A stretch of 64,000 bases of DNA, taken from contig JAOZFT010000004.1 of assembly GCA_027492035.1 (NCBI GenBank), positions 113,929 to 177,928 of the forward strand, in the 5' to 3' direction. Under the pieces are notes generated by a model. It was not told the DNA's origin, searched no databases, and saw nothing but the letters and a program-made list of their open reading frames with translations. Both the position numbers and the translations under genes were made by a program. This DNA comes from Thermoproteota archaeon. Lineage in GTDB: Archaea > Korarchaeota > JAOZGF01 > JAOZFZ01. Below, in pieces: positions 10,033-20,373 of this stretch (position 1 is the first letter of the stretch; every line of letters starts with the position of its first letter).

Positions 10033-10129
10033 GCAAAAGACACCTTTTGTTTAAGAAATATTTTTTGATAAAGTCTTTTTAAAAGAGATACTTCCCAATT
10101 TAAAAAAATGGTAGTGTTTACTCGAGAAA

Positions 10130-11419
10130 CTATGAATAGGTTTTTAAACAATGAACTGAAATTCTTAATGAAGCAGCAAATAAAGCAAGCTCGAAAAGGC
10201 TGAAACCCATCTCGAATTTTGAAACAAGTTCACTTATTAGAATTAGGTAGGATGCTAGACAATGCTCTGCTTTTCTTAACCTGTAATTGAGTCCTAAAAT
10301 AAATCCTAAAAGTAAGGGTAAGGAAATTAATTCAGCTAAACCACCATCCATCACGAAAGGAGCGAAAAAGGATGCGGTTAACCCTTTATTTTTATGGCCA
10401 ATGAAATGGCCTATTACTAAATTTGGGTGGTAGTAAGCTGTCCATACACGTAATCTGAGCCCTTCATAGCCGAAAGGCAAGCTCTTCTTCACTATTTTAT
10501 TGTATAGACCTATATTTACTCCCAACCTGTAAAGTAATAGGTTAAAAGGGTTAGCTTCATTTCTCAAATTTCCGTATTGGGAAGAAGCCTTAAAAAAACC
10601 AAGCAAAGCCACTAAAGAAAACAGGATAGAAACAAAAAGAAATACTGAAAGTAGAGTTTTCCAGGAGAGGGATTTTTTAGCCGTTAAAACTATAAAGAAA
10701 CCTATTAAGAGGAAAGAGATTAGATCTACTCTGTAACCGTAACTTCCATAAATTAGGGCTGATAAGGCAATAAACAACACTTTGTTGAATGTTTTCTTTA
10801 TTTTTTGGAGAGCTGCGGCATAAGTGAACACCCCATAGGCTCTACCTACTGTTGATAAGGGATAGTAAGTTGGTAAACCTTGAGAAGGAAATAAAAGTGG
10901 AAACTTTAACTGAGAAAGCAAAGGAAGGAGGAACATTATGGAGAAAATTGAGTAAAGAGAAAACGTAATCTTAGGAGAAAAATAAAGGAGATATTTAGAT
11001 TCTTTATACCCTTTTATGTATTTCCTGAAGTAAAACGGCACCTTAAAAGATGATTCAAAACTGAACCAAATTGCAGCAGATATTAAGAAACTCTGGAAAT
11101 CAAATAGTTTTTTAAAAAGGATTTCTGAAATCATGAAGCCTGAGATTACGAAGAAGATAAAGGATAAGAACCAAGACCTCTTTACCAGAACGAATTCTTT
11201 ATTGAGCTTAATGTGCAAAGCCAAAAATAAACCGGAATAAATACTAGCCATGCCTAAAACAAAAGTAAAAAATGTTTCTAAGGAGGGTTTATTGAAGTTG
11301 CTTAACCAATTGGAGGTTGGAGTCCAAAAAAAGGCTAATTCCGCCAAAGAAAGGTATAAAAGGAAGATAAGAAATGTGAGCAGGTATGGATTAATTAATG
11401 TTTCAGTTTTAAATTTCAA
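10130..11419 (-). CDS. Polytopic membrane protein, paralog of the upstream neighbor (possibly glycan polymerase/flippase-like)
   Basis: Many hydrophobic segments; shares a motif block with ORF 11421-12728 (LVIGHFIGHKNKGLTASFFAPFVMDGGLAELI vs IITNLIGAEAGVTSTCTIYGQFLADFGLSGIL). Confidence 0.4.
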   Translation of the reverse strand: MKFKTETLINPYLLTFLIFLLYLSLAELAFFWTPTSNWLSNFNKPSLETFFTFVLGMASIYSGLFLALHIKLNKEFVLVKRSWFLSFIFFVISGFMISEILFKKLFDFQSFLISAAIWFSFESSFKVPFYFRKYIKGYKESKYLLYFSPKITFSLYSIFSIMFLLPLLSQLKFPLLFPSQGLPTYYPLSTVGRAYGVFTYAAALQKIKKTFNKVLFIALSALIYGSYGYRVDLISFLLIGFFIVLTAKKSLSWKTLLSVFLFVSILFSLVALLGFFKASSQYGNLRNEANPFNLLLYRLGVNIGLYNKIVKKSLPFGYEGLRLRVWTAYYHPNLVIGHFIGHKNKGLTASFFAPFVMDGGLAELISLPLLLGFILGLNYRLRKAEHCLASYLILISELVSKFEMGFSLFELALFAASLRISVHCLKTYS

Positions 11420-11420
11420 C

Positions 11421-12728
11421 CTAAACCCTCCTTTTCAATGAGCATAGGAATAGAGTAATAGAGATGAAGAGGTAGATGTAAACATTAAAATCTAATATTC
11501 CAGTTTCAATTCCTGGAACAAAGTAAGACATGAAAACAGAATAAGAAAAAATCGGAATAACTTTTCCTTCATTTACTTTACTATGAATTAAACTTATAAC
11601 TAGACCCATCAAAAGAAACTCAAGCAAAATTCCAGATAGGCCAAAATCAGCTAAGAATTGGCCGTAAATTGTGCAAGTTGAGGTGACACCTGCTTCAGCA
11701 CCTATTAGGTTAGTTATTATGGACCTTGGTCCTATTCTTGGACCTGGCAAAAATTTAATAACACTTGTTATTGCTGAATATTGGACAGCACCCCTTGTGT
11801 ACCCGTTAAAACCCACCCTTTTCAAAATCAGTTCTAAATTGTAGGTTGTAATTGTGGACCTGGAGAAAATAAGGGTGAGAAGCAGCAAGGGATTAGCCAC
11901 CCCCCACCTTACTGAACTTACTGCAACATATACCGTTCCACCCATTAAGGCGGGAAGGAGGATATCGATAAACCTAAGGGTGCCAGTCAGGTAGAGCACA
12001 AATATACCTCCTATTGCTTCCGCTAAAACGCCTGTCCTGAAACCTAAAAATGAAACCAAGATAAGGTTAACCAGGAAAAAGAAACCCAGTGAAACCCTAA
12101 TTTTAGAGTTACTGTTTACAGAATATTTATTGCCATAAAAACACAAAATAAAAAGGGAGGAGGGAATAATTGTCCATGCTAGATAGGTAAAACGTACGTA
12201 CTTGTAAAGATACCCCCTAAGCCCTGGCTGAAATAAAGGAATGCCACCTACTGCCCATAACAAGTAAAGTAACGAAGAGAGAGAGAATAGGTAGAGGAGA
12301 ATAAAGGAGCTAAGCAAAAATTTTCCAACTTCCCTCACCTTCATTTTTTGAAAAATTCTCCCTCCTATTTTAGTCCCCAGTAAAAAAGCAACTATTCCTG
12401 AAAAAATAACTGTTAACGCTTCTTTAGTGAGTTTAACACTTGATAAGGAGAAAAAGAGAAATATAAGGAAAGGGAGAAAAAGTGGGCTGAAAAGCAACCT
12501 TAAAAATTTACTATTTCTTTCTAAAATTGAAAAAGAAGAAGTTAACTTGACCCATTTTATGTCAACCCAACTAAACAGTTTAATCAAGCTGTCCAGAAAG
12601 GAGAGAATAAGGCAGCAAATAAGTGAGTGAAGCAAAAGGTTTTTAAGTGATAGAAAAAAATTAGTTGCAACCTTTAACAAAAAGCTTCTTTTGATGTCAC
12701 TTTTCAATTTTTCGAGGAAGGAAGCCAC
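11421..12728 (-). CDS. Polytopic membrane protein, paralog of 10130-11419
   Basis: Multi-TM 435-aa ORF in tandem with and similar in motif pattern to the downstream ORF. Confidence 0.4.
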   Translation of the reverse strand: MASFLEKLKSDIKRSFLLKVATNFFLSLKNLLLHSLICCLILSFLDSLIKLFSWVDIKWVKLTSSFSILERNSKFLRLLFSPLFLPFLIFLFFSLSSVKLTKEALTVIFSGIVAFLLGTKIGGRIFQKMKVREVGKFLLSSFILLYLFSLSSLLYLLWAVGGIPLFQPGLRGYLYKYVRFTYLAWTIIPSSLFILCFYGNKYSVNSNSKIRVSLGFFFLVNLILVSFLGFRTGVLAEAIGGIFVLYLTGTLRFIDILLPALMGGTVYVAVSSVRWGVANPLLLLTLIFSRSTITTYNLELILKRVGFNGYTRGAVQYSAITSVIKFLPGPRIGPRSIITNLIGAEAGVTSTCTIYGQFLADFGLSGILLEFLLMGLVISLIHSKVNEGKVIPIFSYSVFMSYFVPGIETGILDFNVYIYLFISITLFLCSLKRRV

Positions 12729-12785
12729 TTCATTTCTCCTTTCCCTTTTATAAGAAAGCTTGAAGTTAAACTTATATTTTAAAGT

Positions 12786-13640
12786 TCAAGGTAGACTTGG
12801 AACAATTTTTATTTGATCTGTAAAAACTTTGCCCCTCACATTTTTAAGGTTTTCATGAATGACCTTATACCCACGAACAGGGGACATTGCTTTTTCTGTA
12901 CCGATGTAAATAAGCAATCTATTTGTGAGAACTTCCTTGTAACTTATATTAAGTTTGTCTAGTGAACGTTGCAGGAAATAAATTTCATTTTCCCTCCAAT
13001 CTTTAAAATAAGCAGAGATTAATCCTTCACTGAAAACAAAATAAACTTCTCCTGTTAATGGAGCTTCCTCAAACTCTGAAACAAGAGATTGATAGATGTA
13101 AGGGTTAGGTTTTAAATTAGGGACTGTCAATATAAGGACTCCTGTTATTTTGTAGGTTGAAACTCCGTATTTGCCAGCTATTTCTCTTGAAATAAAACTG
13201 AGAGTATTAACAAGCCCATCAATTGTATTGTTTTCCAAAAGATGCGTTCTAACTTTTATAACGGATTTGGAAGCTCCTTTAACTTCTAAGTTCTCAGCCG
13301 CTACGTCTTCTAAATAGGAAGCTGGACCTCCTACGGTTATAGTTTGGTTACGGTAAATTAGGTATATGGAACCCGGGGCTGTTTTAGCTACTACACCTTC
13401 CCCATCAAAAAAGGAGCCATTACCTGTCCACTTACCCTTTACATGAAGAATTACCATGAATCCCTGGGACATTATGTCATTTATTTCATCAACTGTAGTG
13501 TATATTGCAGTTCCTGGGTAATTATGAGGAGAAACCAAGTAGGAAACTTGGCCAAAAATAAACCATAACACAATTAAGAGCAGAACAGAAATGATTGTTA
13601 AGTCAACCAGGTTTAGCTTTGAAAAAAAATATTTATTCAT
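12786..13640 (-). CDS. Membrane-anchored or secreted protein, unknown function
   Basis: N-terminal hydrophobic segment TIISVLLLIVLWFIFG, then a soluble domain; co-oriented with the two membrane proteins. Confidence 0.35.
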   Translation of the reverse strand: MNKYFFSKLNLVDLTIISVLLLIVLWFIFGQVSYLVSPHNYPGTAIYTTVDEINDIMSQGFMVILHVKGKWTGNGSFFDGEGVVAKTAPGSIYLIYRNQTITVGGPASYLEDVAAENLEVKGASKSVIKVRTHLLENNTIDGLVNTLSFISREIAGKYGVSTYKITGVLILTVPNLKPNPYIYQSLVSEFEEAPLTGEVYFVFSEGLISAYFKDWRENEIYFLQRSLDKLNISYKEVLTNRLLIYIGTEKAMSPVRGYKVIHENLKNVRGKVFTDQIKIVPSLP

Positions 13641-13672
13641 AAGAATCTGAAACTCAAAAAAATTAGGAGAGG

Positions 13673-15307
13673 CTACTCAGTTTCTTCCCCTCCCTCCTTA
13701 CCTTCTTTGCCACCTGTTTTCTCTTCAACTCCTTTAGCAGCTAGAATATCATCTATTCGAAGAATCATTGTCGCTGCTTCAACTGCTGACTTGATCTCAT
13801 GTTTCTTAACTCTCCAAGGCTCTATTACACCATTTTGGACCATGTCAACTACTTCACCCGAAAAGACGTCGACGCCTGCATTTTTTACACCTTCCTTATG
13901 CTGCGAAGTCAGTTTACTCATTATTTCTATCGGGTCAAGACCTGCGTTTTCAGCAAGTGAGCGAGGTATTATTTCCAGTGCATCTGCAAATGATTTAATA
14001 GCTAATTGCTCTTTACCACTAACAGATTCAGCGTATTTCTTAACCTCCTTTATTATTTCTGCTTCTACTGCACCTCCACCTGGTAGGATTAAGCCATCTT
14101 CAATAGAGTCTTTGACAACAAACAAAGCATCATGTAGAGCTCTTTCTGCCTCATCAACCACATGTTCAGCTCCCCCTCTTATCAAAATAGTCATTGCCTT
14201 AGGGTTTTTGCAGCCTTCAATGAACACCATTTTGTCGTCCCCTATTTTTCTTTGTGCAACTAAGCCGGCATAACCCACGTCTCTTTCTGTTAAATTATCT
14301 ACGTTCGTTACTATTCGAGCACTGGTTGCCTTGGCTAGCCGGTCCATGTCTTTAGAACTTACTCTCCTAACCGCTAAAATTTCTGCTTTGGCAAGGAAAT
14401 GCTGAGCCATATCATCTATTCCTTTCTGACAGAAAACCACGTTAGCACCTACTTTTTTGATTTTTTCAACCATTTCTCTTAACATTTTAGTTTCTTCATC
14501 CATGAACTGCTTCATTTGAAGGGGGTCTCTTATGTCTATTTCTGCGTCAAATTCTGTCTTCTCTATTTCAAGAGGACTTTTTATAAGAGCTATTTTTGCC
14601 TCTTTAACTGTTTTAGGCATTCCTGCATGTACCACTTCTTTATCTAGCACCACCCCTTTTACGAGAAGTGATTCTTTCAAACTTTTACCTTGTTTTTTCA
14701 CTAATTTTATCTGGTCTAAGTCAACGAAATATTTTCCATCCCTTTCTTCTGCAACTGTTTGCGCGACTTTGACCACAATATCTGCAAGGTATTCTCTTTC
14801 GGTGGCTGTGCTTTTCCCGTGCATTGCAGTCATTGCAATTTTCTTCAGGGTTTCTGTATCTTCTTTTTTAACATGCAGCGACATATTGCGCAAAATTTCT
14901 AATGCTTTACTAGAGGCCTTCCTGAACCCATTTATTATTACTACAGGGTGTATGTTTTTGTTCAGTAATTCTTCAGCTTTGCTTAATAGTTCTCCTGCAA
15001 GAATAACTACTGAAGTTGTTCCATCCCCAGCTTCATTATCCTGTGTTTTCGACAGTTCAACCATTATTTTTGCAGCTGGATGCTCTACATCTATTTCATC
15101 CAAGATTGTTGCGCCGTCGTTAGTAACTACTACATCCCCCAATGAATCAACGAGCATTTTATCCATTCCTTTCGGTCCTAAGGTTGTTTTTATTGCTTCG
15201 CTTATCACTTTGGCAGCTAATATATTTGCTCTTCGTGCATCTCTACCCCTAATTCTTTGAGTACCTTCTTTCAAAATGATAACAGGTGTACCTGATAGAG
15301 TAGACAA
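13673..15307 (-). CDS. ths: Thermosome subunit (group II chaperonin)
   Basis: [26 protein letters not shown], 544 aa, acidic G/K/E C-terminal tail. Confidence 0.95.
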   Translation of the reverse strand: MSTLSGTPVIILKEGTQRIRGRDARRANILAAKVISEAIKTTLGPKGMDKMLVDSLGDVVVTNDGATILDEIDVEHPAAKIMVELSKTQDNEAGDGTTSVVILAGELLSKAEELLNKNIHPVVIINGFRKASSKALEILRNMSLHVKKEDTETLKKIAMTAMHGKSTATEREYLADIVVKVAQTVAEERDGKYFVDLDQIKLVKKQGKSLKESLLVKGVVLDKEVVHAGMPKTVKEAKIALIKSPLEIEKTEFDAEIDIRDPLQMKQFMDEETKMLREMVEKIKKVGANVVFCQKGIDDMAQHFLAKAEILAVRRVSSKDMDRLAKATSARIVTNVDNLTERDVGYAGLVAQRKIGDDKMVFIEGCKNPKAMTILIRGGAEHVVDEAERALHDALFVVKDSIEDGLILPGGGAVEAEIIKEVKKYAESVSGKEQLAIKSFADALEIIPRSLAENAGLDPIEIMSKLTSQHKEGVKNAGVDVFSGEVVDMVQNGVIEPWRVKKHEIKSAVEAATMILRIDDILAAKGVEEKTGGKEGKEGGEETE

Positions 15308-15660
15308 CTCTTACACCTCCTTTAAAGATTTTATATTGCTAAGGGCTTTGACCACAATAACGCTAAGGGAAAATTGCTCCTTCAAAAAATAAAAGAAGAG
15401 ACATAAAGTAAGGGGATGAGAATTTTATATTTAAATATATGTACGCTCCTTTTTATATTGTTGCCCTGTACATTTAAAAAATTTTGTCTTAACTGCAGTG
15501 TTAAACCTAGTTAGAATTTTTAAAAAAGTAATAGTGTTTTCCCTTCTTTAGAAAACAAAGTATTGATAATCGGTTATATCTGTAATCTTTTTTCAATGAA
15601 TAAAGCAGCTTTGGGGTTTATTTAGGTTAAAATTTTTGCGGGATGAGGGGTGATTCTGTT

Positions 15661-15807
15661 ATGGAGTTTATATGTCCCTGGTGCCATGAAAAGATAAGAG
15701 TTTCACCTACTACCATCAAGCATTGCCCAAAATGTAAAATGCCAATTCAAGTAAAAACAAGGATTCAAGGGGATAAAATACTTTTCATTATTAAGAAAAA
15801 GATATGA
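15661..15807 (+). CDS. Small zinc-ribbon protein (48 aa)
   Basis: MEFICPWCHEKIRVSPTTIKHCPKCKMPIQVKTRIQGDKILFIIKKKI with CPWC...CPKC; below the ORF-track size cut-off. Confidence 0.35.
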   Translation: MEFICPWCHEKIRVSPTTIKHCPKCKMPIQVKTRIQGDKILFIIKKKI

Positions 15808-15910
15808 ATTTAAATACTTCCCAGATTTTCCTATACAAATTGCCTTTGTTCCTTTTGTTTCTTTGATAAATAAACCTTGAGGGGATTTCTTAAGAGAGAG
15901 ATGTTAAGGA

Positions 15911-16060
15911 ATGTGCTGTGACAAATGCCCTAATTTTTTAGTTTGCGAAAAAAGCAGCAGTAGTTATCAGTCGTGCTGTAACATATGTCCCTATTTTGAT
16001 CCTACACGGAATCCACCCTGCAAGTTAGCTAAAGAAGTAAACTCTATTCTTAAGCTCTAA
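15911..16060 (+). CDS. Small cysteine-rich protein (49 aa, 9 Cys)
   Basis: MCCDKCPNFLVCEKSSSSYQSCCNICPYFDPTRNPPCKLAKEVNSILKL; upstream of the oxidoreductase operon. Confidence 0.3.
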   Translation: MCCDKCPNFLVCEKSSSSYQSCCNICPYFDPTRNPPCKLAKEVNSILKL

Positions 16061-16203
16061 CTTTTTAGAGGGAAAAATTTAAGTAATTCATTGTGTCCTT
16101 CCCTTCTTTACATTCATTACCATGTAAAGTTTTATATATAGGCTGCTATTCAGAAGTGAAGTGAGAAGCTTTCTCTTTTATTATATAGAGAGGAGAAGAA
16201 GGG

Positions 16204-16770
16204 ATGAGTTTAACTGAAGTAAGATTTCATGGGAGAGGAGGTCAAGGTGCTTGGACAGCAAGTCAGTTACTTGCTTTAGCTGCCCTGAAGGAAGGAAAAT
16301 ATGTTCAAAGTTTTCCAGAGTTCGGTCCTGAAAGAATGGGTGCACCTATTACAGCCTTTACGAGAATTTCAGATGAGAAAATGACTATTCATTGTAACGT
16401 TTACAATCCAGATGCAGTGTTGGTGCTAGATTCCACATTGATGTCCACAGTGAATGTGTTGAAAGGAGTAAAGAGAGGAGGCGTCTTAATTATTAACACA
16501 AAGGATGACCCTGAGAAAGTCAAAGCTGAACTTAAAAATGTTGAAGGTGTAATGATTGCTACCGTACCGGCTTCTGAATTAGCTCTCAACATATTAGGAA
16601 GAGATATAACCAATACTGCAATTCTTGGTTCTCTGATAAAAGTTAAACCTGTAACCTCCCTTTCTTCAGTGATTGAAGTAACAAAACAAAGATTCCCCGG
16701 AGAGTTAGGAGAAAATAACGTTGAAGTTATTAAAAAGGCTTACGAAAAAACCTTTATGGGTGAAAAGTAA
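16204..16770 (+). CDS. porG: 2-oxoacid (pyruvate-type):ferredoxin oxidoreductase, gamma subunit
   Basis: FHGRGGQGAWTASQLLA N-terminal motif; first gene of a gamma-delta-alpha-beta operon. Confidence 0.85.
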   Translation: MSLTEVRFHGRGGQGAWTASQLLALAALKEGKYVQSFPEFGPERMGAPITAFTRISDEKMTIHCNVYNPDAVLVLDSTLMSTVNVLKGVKRGGVLIINTKDDPEKVKAELKNVEGVMIATVPASELALNILGRDITNTAILGSLIKVKPVTSLSSVIEVTKQRFPGELGENNVEVIKKAYEKTFMGEK

Positions 16771-17037
16771 ATGAAGAAAGGATGGAGAGAAATACCAATA
16801 GCAGGGATGCCTTGGGTGCCAGCTACAGAATATAAAACAGGTTCTTGGAGGTCCTTTAAACCTGTAATAGATCACGGAAAATGTGTGAAGTGCTTAATTT
16901 GCTGGGTCTATTGCCCAGAGGGATCTGTAAAATGGGATGGGAATAAGGTTTCAATAGACTATGAGTATTGTAAAGGATGTGGAATATGTGCAGAAGAGTG
17001 CCCAGTTAAAGCTATTGAAATGTTAAAGGAGGAGTGA
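16771..17037 (+). CDS. porD: 2-oxoacid:ferredoxin oxidoreductase, delta subunit (2x[4Fe-4S] ferredoxin)
   Basis: Two CxxCxxCxxxCP clusters (CVKCLICWVYCP, CKGCGICAEECP). Confidence 0.85.
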   Translation: MKKGWREIPIAGMPWVPATEYKTGSWRSFKPVIDHGKCVKCLICWVYCPEGSVKWDGNKVSIDYEYCKGCGICAEECPVKAIEMLKEE

Positions 17038-17041
17038 GGGA

Positions 17042-18265
17042 ATGATTTCGCAACAAGTTTTAGGTATGAATGGTGATGAAGCAGTAGCCTATGCTGTTAA
17101 ACAATGTAATGTAGATGTGGTTGCAGCTTATCCAATAACGCCTCAAACAATAATTGTTGAAAAGTTTTCTGAATACGTAGCCAACAGAGAAGTTCATACA
17201 GAGTTTGTACCTGTTGAAAGCGAGCACAGTGCATTGTCAGCTTGTGTAGGCGCCTCTGCAACGGGTGCAAGGGTTTTCACTTCAACAGCTGCAAACGGCT
17301 TAGCCTTAATGCATGAAATAGTATACATAGCTGCAAGTTTAAGGCTTCCAATTGTCATGGCCGTAGTGAATAGAGCTTTAAGCGGGCCAATAAATATCCA
17401 CTGCGACCACAGCGACAGCATGGCTGAAAGAGATTCATCTTGGATACAGATTTACACAGAAGATGCACAAGAGGCTTATGATTCAGTAATCCAAGCATTT
17501 AAAATAGCTGAAAACCATGAAGTGCTTCTTCCAGTTATGGTTACCTTGGACGGCTTCTTTATAAGCCACACTCTTCAAAACGTGTCAGTTCTTCCTGATA
17601 AAGAGGTCTTAAGTTTCATAGGCGAGAGAAGGGTAGTACCTGAGATTGATGTCGGAGGAAAGAAATTCAAACTAAAACTTGACCCAGTGCAACCTCTAAC
17701 CTTCGGCCCCCTTGACCTATATGACTATTACTTTGAACATAAAAGACAGCAGGTTGAAGCTATGAAGAAAGCACCTAAAGTAATCGAAAAGGTGAGTAGG
17801 GAATATGCATCCTTAAGTGGCAGAAGTTATGGAAACGGGTTAGTTGAGCCTTATAAATTAGAAGATGCAGAGGTAGCAGTAGTTTGTTTAGGTTCAACAA
17901 GTGGCACAGCCAAATATGTAGTTGATGATTTAAGAAAGAGGGGGTTAAATGTAGGATGTTTGAGGGTAAGAACCTTCAGACCTTTCCCAGCTGCAGATAT
18001 AAAAAGGAATTTAACAGGCAAAGAAGTTGTAGGGGTGCTTGACAGGAGCATATCTTTTGGCGGGTTGGGAGGACCTGTATTCACTGAAATAGAAGCTTTA
18101 TTCTCTGACGAAACAGAAAAACCGAAAATTATAAACTATGTTTATGGTTTAGGGGGCCGTGACATGTCGCCACAACTGATAGAAAAAGTTTTTATGGAGC
18201 TGAATGAGTTGAAGGGTAAACCCTTACCTAAGGATACTTTAAGGTTTTCTGGGTTGAGGGAATGA
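17042..18265 (+). CDS. porA: 2-oxoacid:ferredoxin oxidoreductase, alpha subunit
   Basis: 407 aa, position and conserved N-terminal region of the PFOR alpha subunit. Confidence 0.85.
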   Translation: MISQQVLGMNGDEAVAYAVKQCNVDVVAAYPITPQTIIVEKFSEYVANREVHTEFVPVESEHSALSACVGASATGARVFTSTAANGLALMHEIVYIAASLRLPIVMAVVNRALSGPINIHCDHSDSMAERDSSWIQIYTEDAQEAYDSVIQAFKIAENHEVLLPVMVTLDGFFISHTLQNVSVLPDKEVLSFIGERRVVPEIDVGGKKFKLKLDPVQPLTFGPLDLYDYYFEHKRQQVEAMKKAPKVIEKVSREYASLSGRSYGNGLVEPYKLEDAEVAVVCLGSTSGTAKYVVDDLRKRGLNVGCLRVRTFRPFPAADIKRNLTGKEVVGVLDRSISFGGLGGPVFTEIEALFSDETEKPKIINYVYGLGGRDMSPQLIEKVFMELNELKGKPLPKDTLRFSGLRE

Positions 18266-18268
18266 AAA

Positions 18269-19216
18269 ATGAACCTAAAAAAAGTTGCACTTAGAGAAAG
18301 CTGGATTTCACCTGGGCATAGATTATGTGCAGGTTGTATGGCACCAGTTATAATTAGGCAGGCACTTTATGCACTTGACAAAAAACCTATCGTTACTAAC
18401 GCAACAGGTTGTTTAGAAGTTGCAACCACTATTTTCCCTTACACAGCTTGGAGAGTACCTTGGATCCATAATGCATTTGAAAATGCAGCTGCAACAGCAA
18501 GTGGAATAGAAGCAGCCCTTACAGCTTTCAAAAGGAAAGGAGAGTTAAAAGAGGATATACCTGTGATAGCCATAGGCGGCGACGGTGGAACTTACGATAT
18601 AGGGCTTCAAGCATTGAGCGGTGCAATAGAGAGAGGCCATGATTTTCTTTATTTACTATATGACAACGAAGCCTACATGAACACAGGCATTCAAAGGTCA
18701 GGAGGAACCCCCTTTACTGCTTGGACCACTACAACTCCAGTAGGCACTAAAATAAAGGGGAAAGTTCAATGGAAGAAACCAATAGCAAAAATAGTGGCTG
18801 CACATAGACAAATAAAGTATGTAGCTACTGCTTCACCTGCTTATTGGCTTGATTTAATGCAAAAAGTTAAGAAGGGAGTAGATGTGAAAGGCCCTGCTTT
18901 CATCCATGCAATTTCCACATGTCCACGTGGATGGAGGACGGACACAAAGTATAGTGTCAAAATTGCCAGATTAGCAGTACAAACCTGCTACTTCCCATTG
19001 TGGGAATACGAAAATGGGAAATATAAACTATCCACACCAAGTAAAGCAATAGCTTCTAACCCAGAAAAGAAACTTAAAGTTGAAGAATTTTTGAAAATGC
19101 AGGGGCGGTTTAGACACTTGTTCAAGCCAAGAAAGGACGTTGAAACCCTGAACTATATTCAGGAGGAGATAGATAAAGAATGGGAGAAACTGCTTAGGTT
19201 AACAGGTGAAGCATAG
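18269..19216 (+). CDS. porB: 2-oxoacid:ferredoxin oxidoreductase, beta subunit (TPP-binding)
   Basis: GHRLCAGCMAP and GGDGGTYDIG thiamine-diphosphate motifs. Confidence 0.85.
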   Translation: MNLKKVALRESWISPGHRLCAGCMAPVIIRQALYALDKKPIVTNATGCLEVATTIFPYTAWRVPWIHNAFENAAATASGIEAALTAFKRKGELKEDIPVIAIGGDGGTYDIGLQALSGAIERGHDFLYLLYDNEAYMNTGIQRSGGTPFTAWTTTTPVGTKIKGKVQWKKPIAKIVAAHRQIKYVATASPAYWLDLMQKVKKGVDVKGPAFIHAISTCPRGWRTDTKYSVKIARLAVQTCYFPLWEYENGKYKLSTPSKAIASNPEKKLKVEEFLKMQGRFRHLFKPRKDVETLNYIQEEIDKEWEKLLRLTGEA

Positions 19217-19265
19217 TCAGTAAAGGAGGGAAGAAAAAAATGAAAAAGCAGCACAAGGTGAACCG

Positions 19266-20336
19266 ATGCAAAACAACCAAAGACAAGTAAACGAAGAAGT
19301 TTTTCTTTCCACTTCCAGATCCCTCCCTTTCCTTTTATTAGGGTTTGTTATTTTAGGAATTTACGTTTACTTCTTTGTGGATTTTAAGAAATTAATTGAA
19401 GTGATTACTCGAATCAGTAAAGTTTATCTCTTATTAGCTTTTTTAGCTGGAACACTCGGTCTTATTTGCTACGCTACAGCGTGGCACTATTTAACTAAGG
19501 CAGTTGGCCTCAAAATAAATTGGAAATTCACCTACCCTTTAACTCTATCAAGTGTTTTTTTTAACGTAATGATTCCTTCAGCTGCATTAAGCGGCGAGGT
19601 TTATAGAACTTATGTGATTTCAAAAAGCCCTTTACCCTTAGAGGAGGGAATTGCTTCAATTGCTCTACATCGTGTAATCGCCATCTTACCTTTTATAGCT
19701 GGTTTAACAATCGGAACATTTGTAAGTTGGTTTTTCTCCCCTGTTTCAACCCAAATGTTTTTACTCTTAATCTTCTTAACAATTTTTTCAGCTGCAGTCT
19801 TCACCTTGTTTCTTTTATTCATGTTTAAGGCAGAAAAAGCATTAAAAATAATAAAATTTGTTGAAAAAATAGTAAAAGTAAAAAGAGTCAGAGACAAACT
19901 TGAAAAAATAGAGGAAGACTTCCTTGAAAAAATTGAAAAATTCAAAAACAGCCTAAAGAAAGCTGGAAAGGAAAAGAGAGAATTACTTCTTTCCATAACA
20001 TATGCCTTCCTTTACTGGTTCCTAGACATAAATGTAATCACTATTCTTTTCTATGGCTTCAATGTAAACGTTCCATTCTTTGCTGTACTTTTCGTTTACA
20101 CAGTAACCATACTCCTTCAGAGTGCACCCTTAATGGTTCCTGGAATGATTGGTTTTGCAGACCTTATAAGAACAGAATTTTTCAACCTTTTAGGGATACC
20201 TGGGGTGACAAGAGAAGTAGCTCTTTCAGTAAGTTTGCTTACAGACGCTATAGTTGTTTTTTACTACTCTTTAATAGGTTTTTTCGCTTTACTTATTCTT
20301 AATTTTCAAGCAAAAAACATAAACCTGGAAAGCTAA
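19266..20336 (+). CDS. Membrane protein, flippase-like / UPF0104-like
   Basis: Multiple TM segments with a central charged coiled segment (KIIKFVEKIVKVKRVRDKLEKIEEDF). Confidence 0.4.
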   Translation: MQNNQRQVNEEVFLSTSRSLPFLLLGFVILGIYVYFFVDFKKLIEVITRISKVYLLLAFLAGTLGLICYATAWHYLTKAVGLKINWKFTYPLTLSSVFFNVMIPSAALSGEVYRTYVISKSPLPLEEGIASIALHRVIAILPFIAGLTIGTFVSWFFSPVSTQMFLLLIFLTIFSAAVFTLFLLFMFKAEKALKIIKFVEKIVKVKRVRDKLEKIEEDFLEKIEKFKNSLKKAGKEKRELLLSITYAFLYWFLDINVITILFYGFNVNVPFFAVLFVYTVTILLQSAPLMVPGMIGFADLIRTEFFNLLGIPGVTREVALSVSLLTDAIVVFYYSLIGFFALLILNFQAKNINLES

Positions 20337-20373
20337 CTTAAAGGAGCCTAAGAAATTTAAGAGGAAATGAAAA

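Noticed and set aside
13707-15260. ORFs 13707-14273 and 14532-15260 on the plus strand
   Set aside because: They lie wholly antisense to the thermosome gene, which has strong family support; compositional artifacts.
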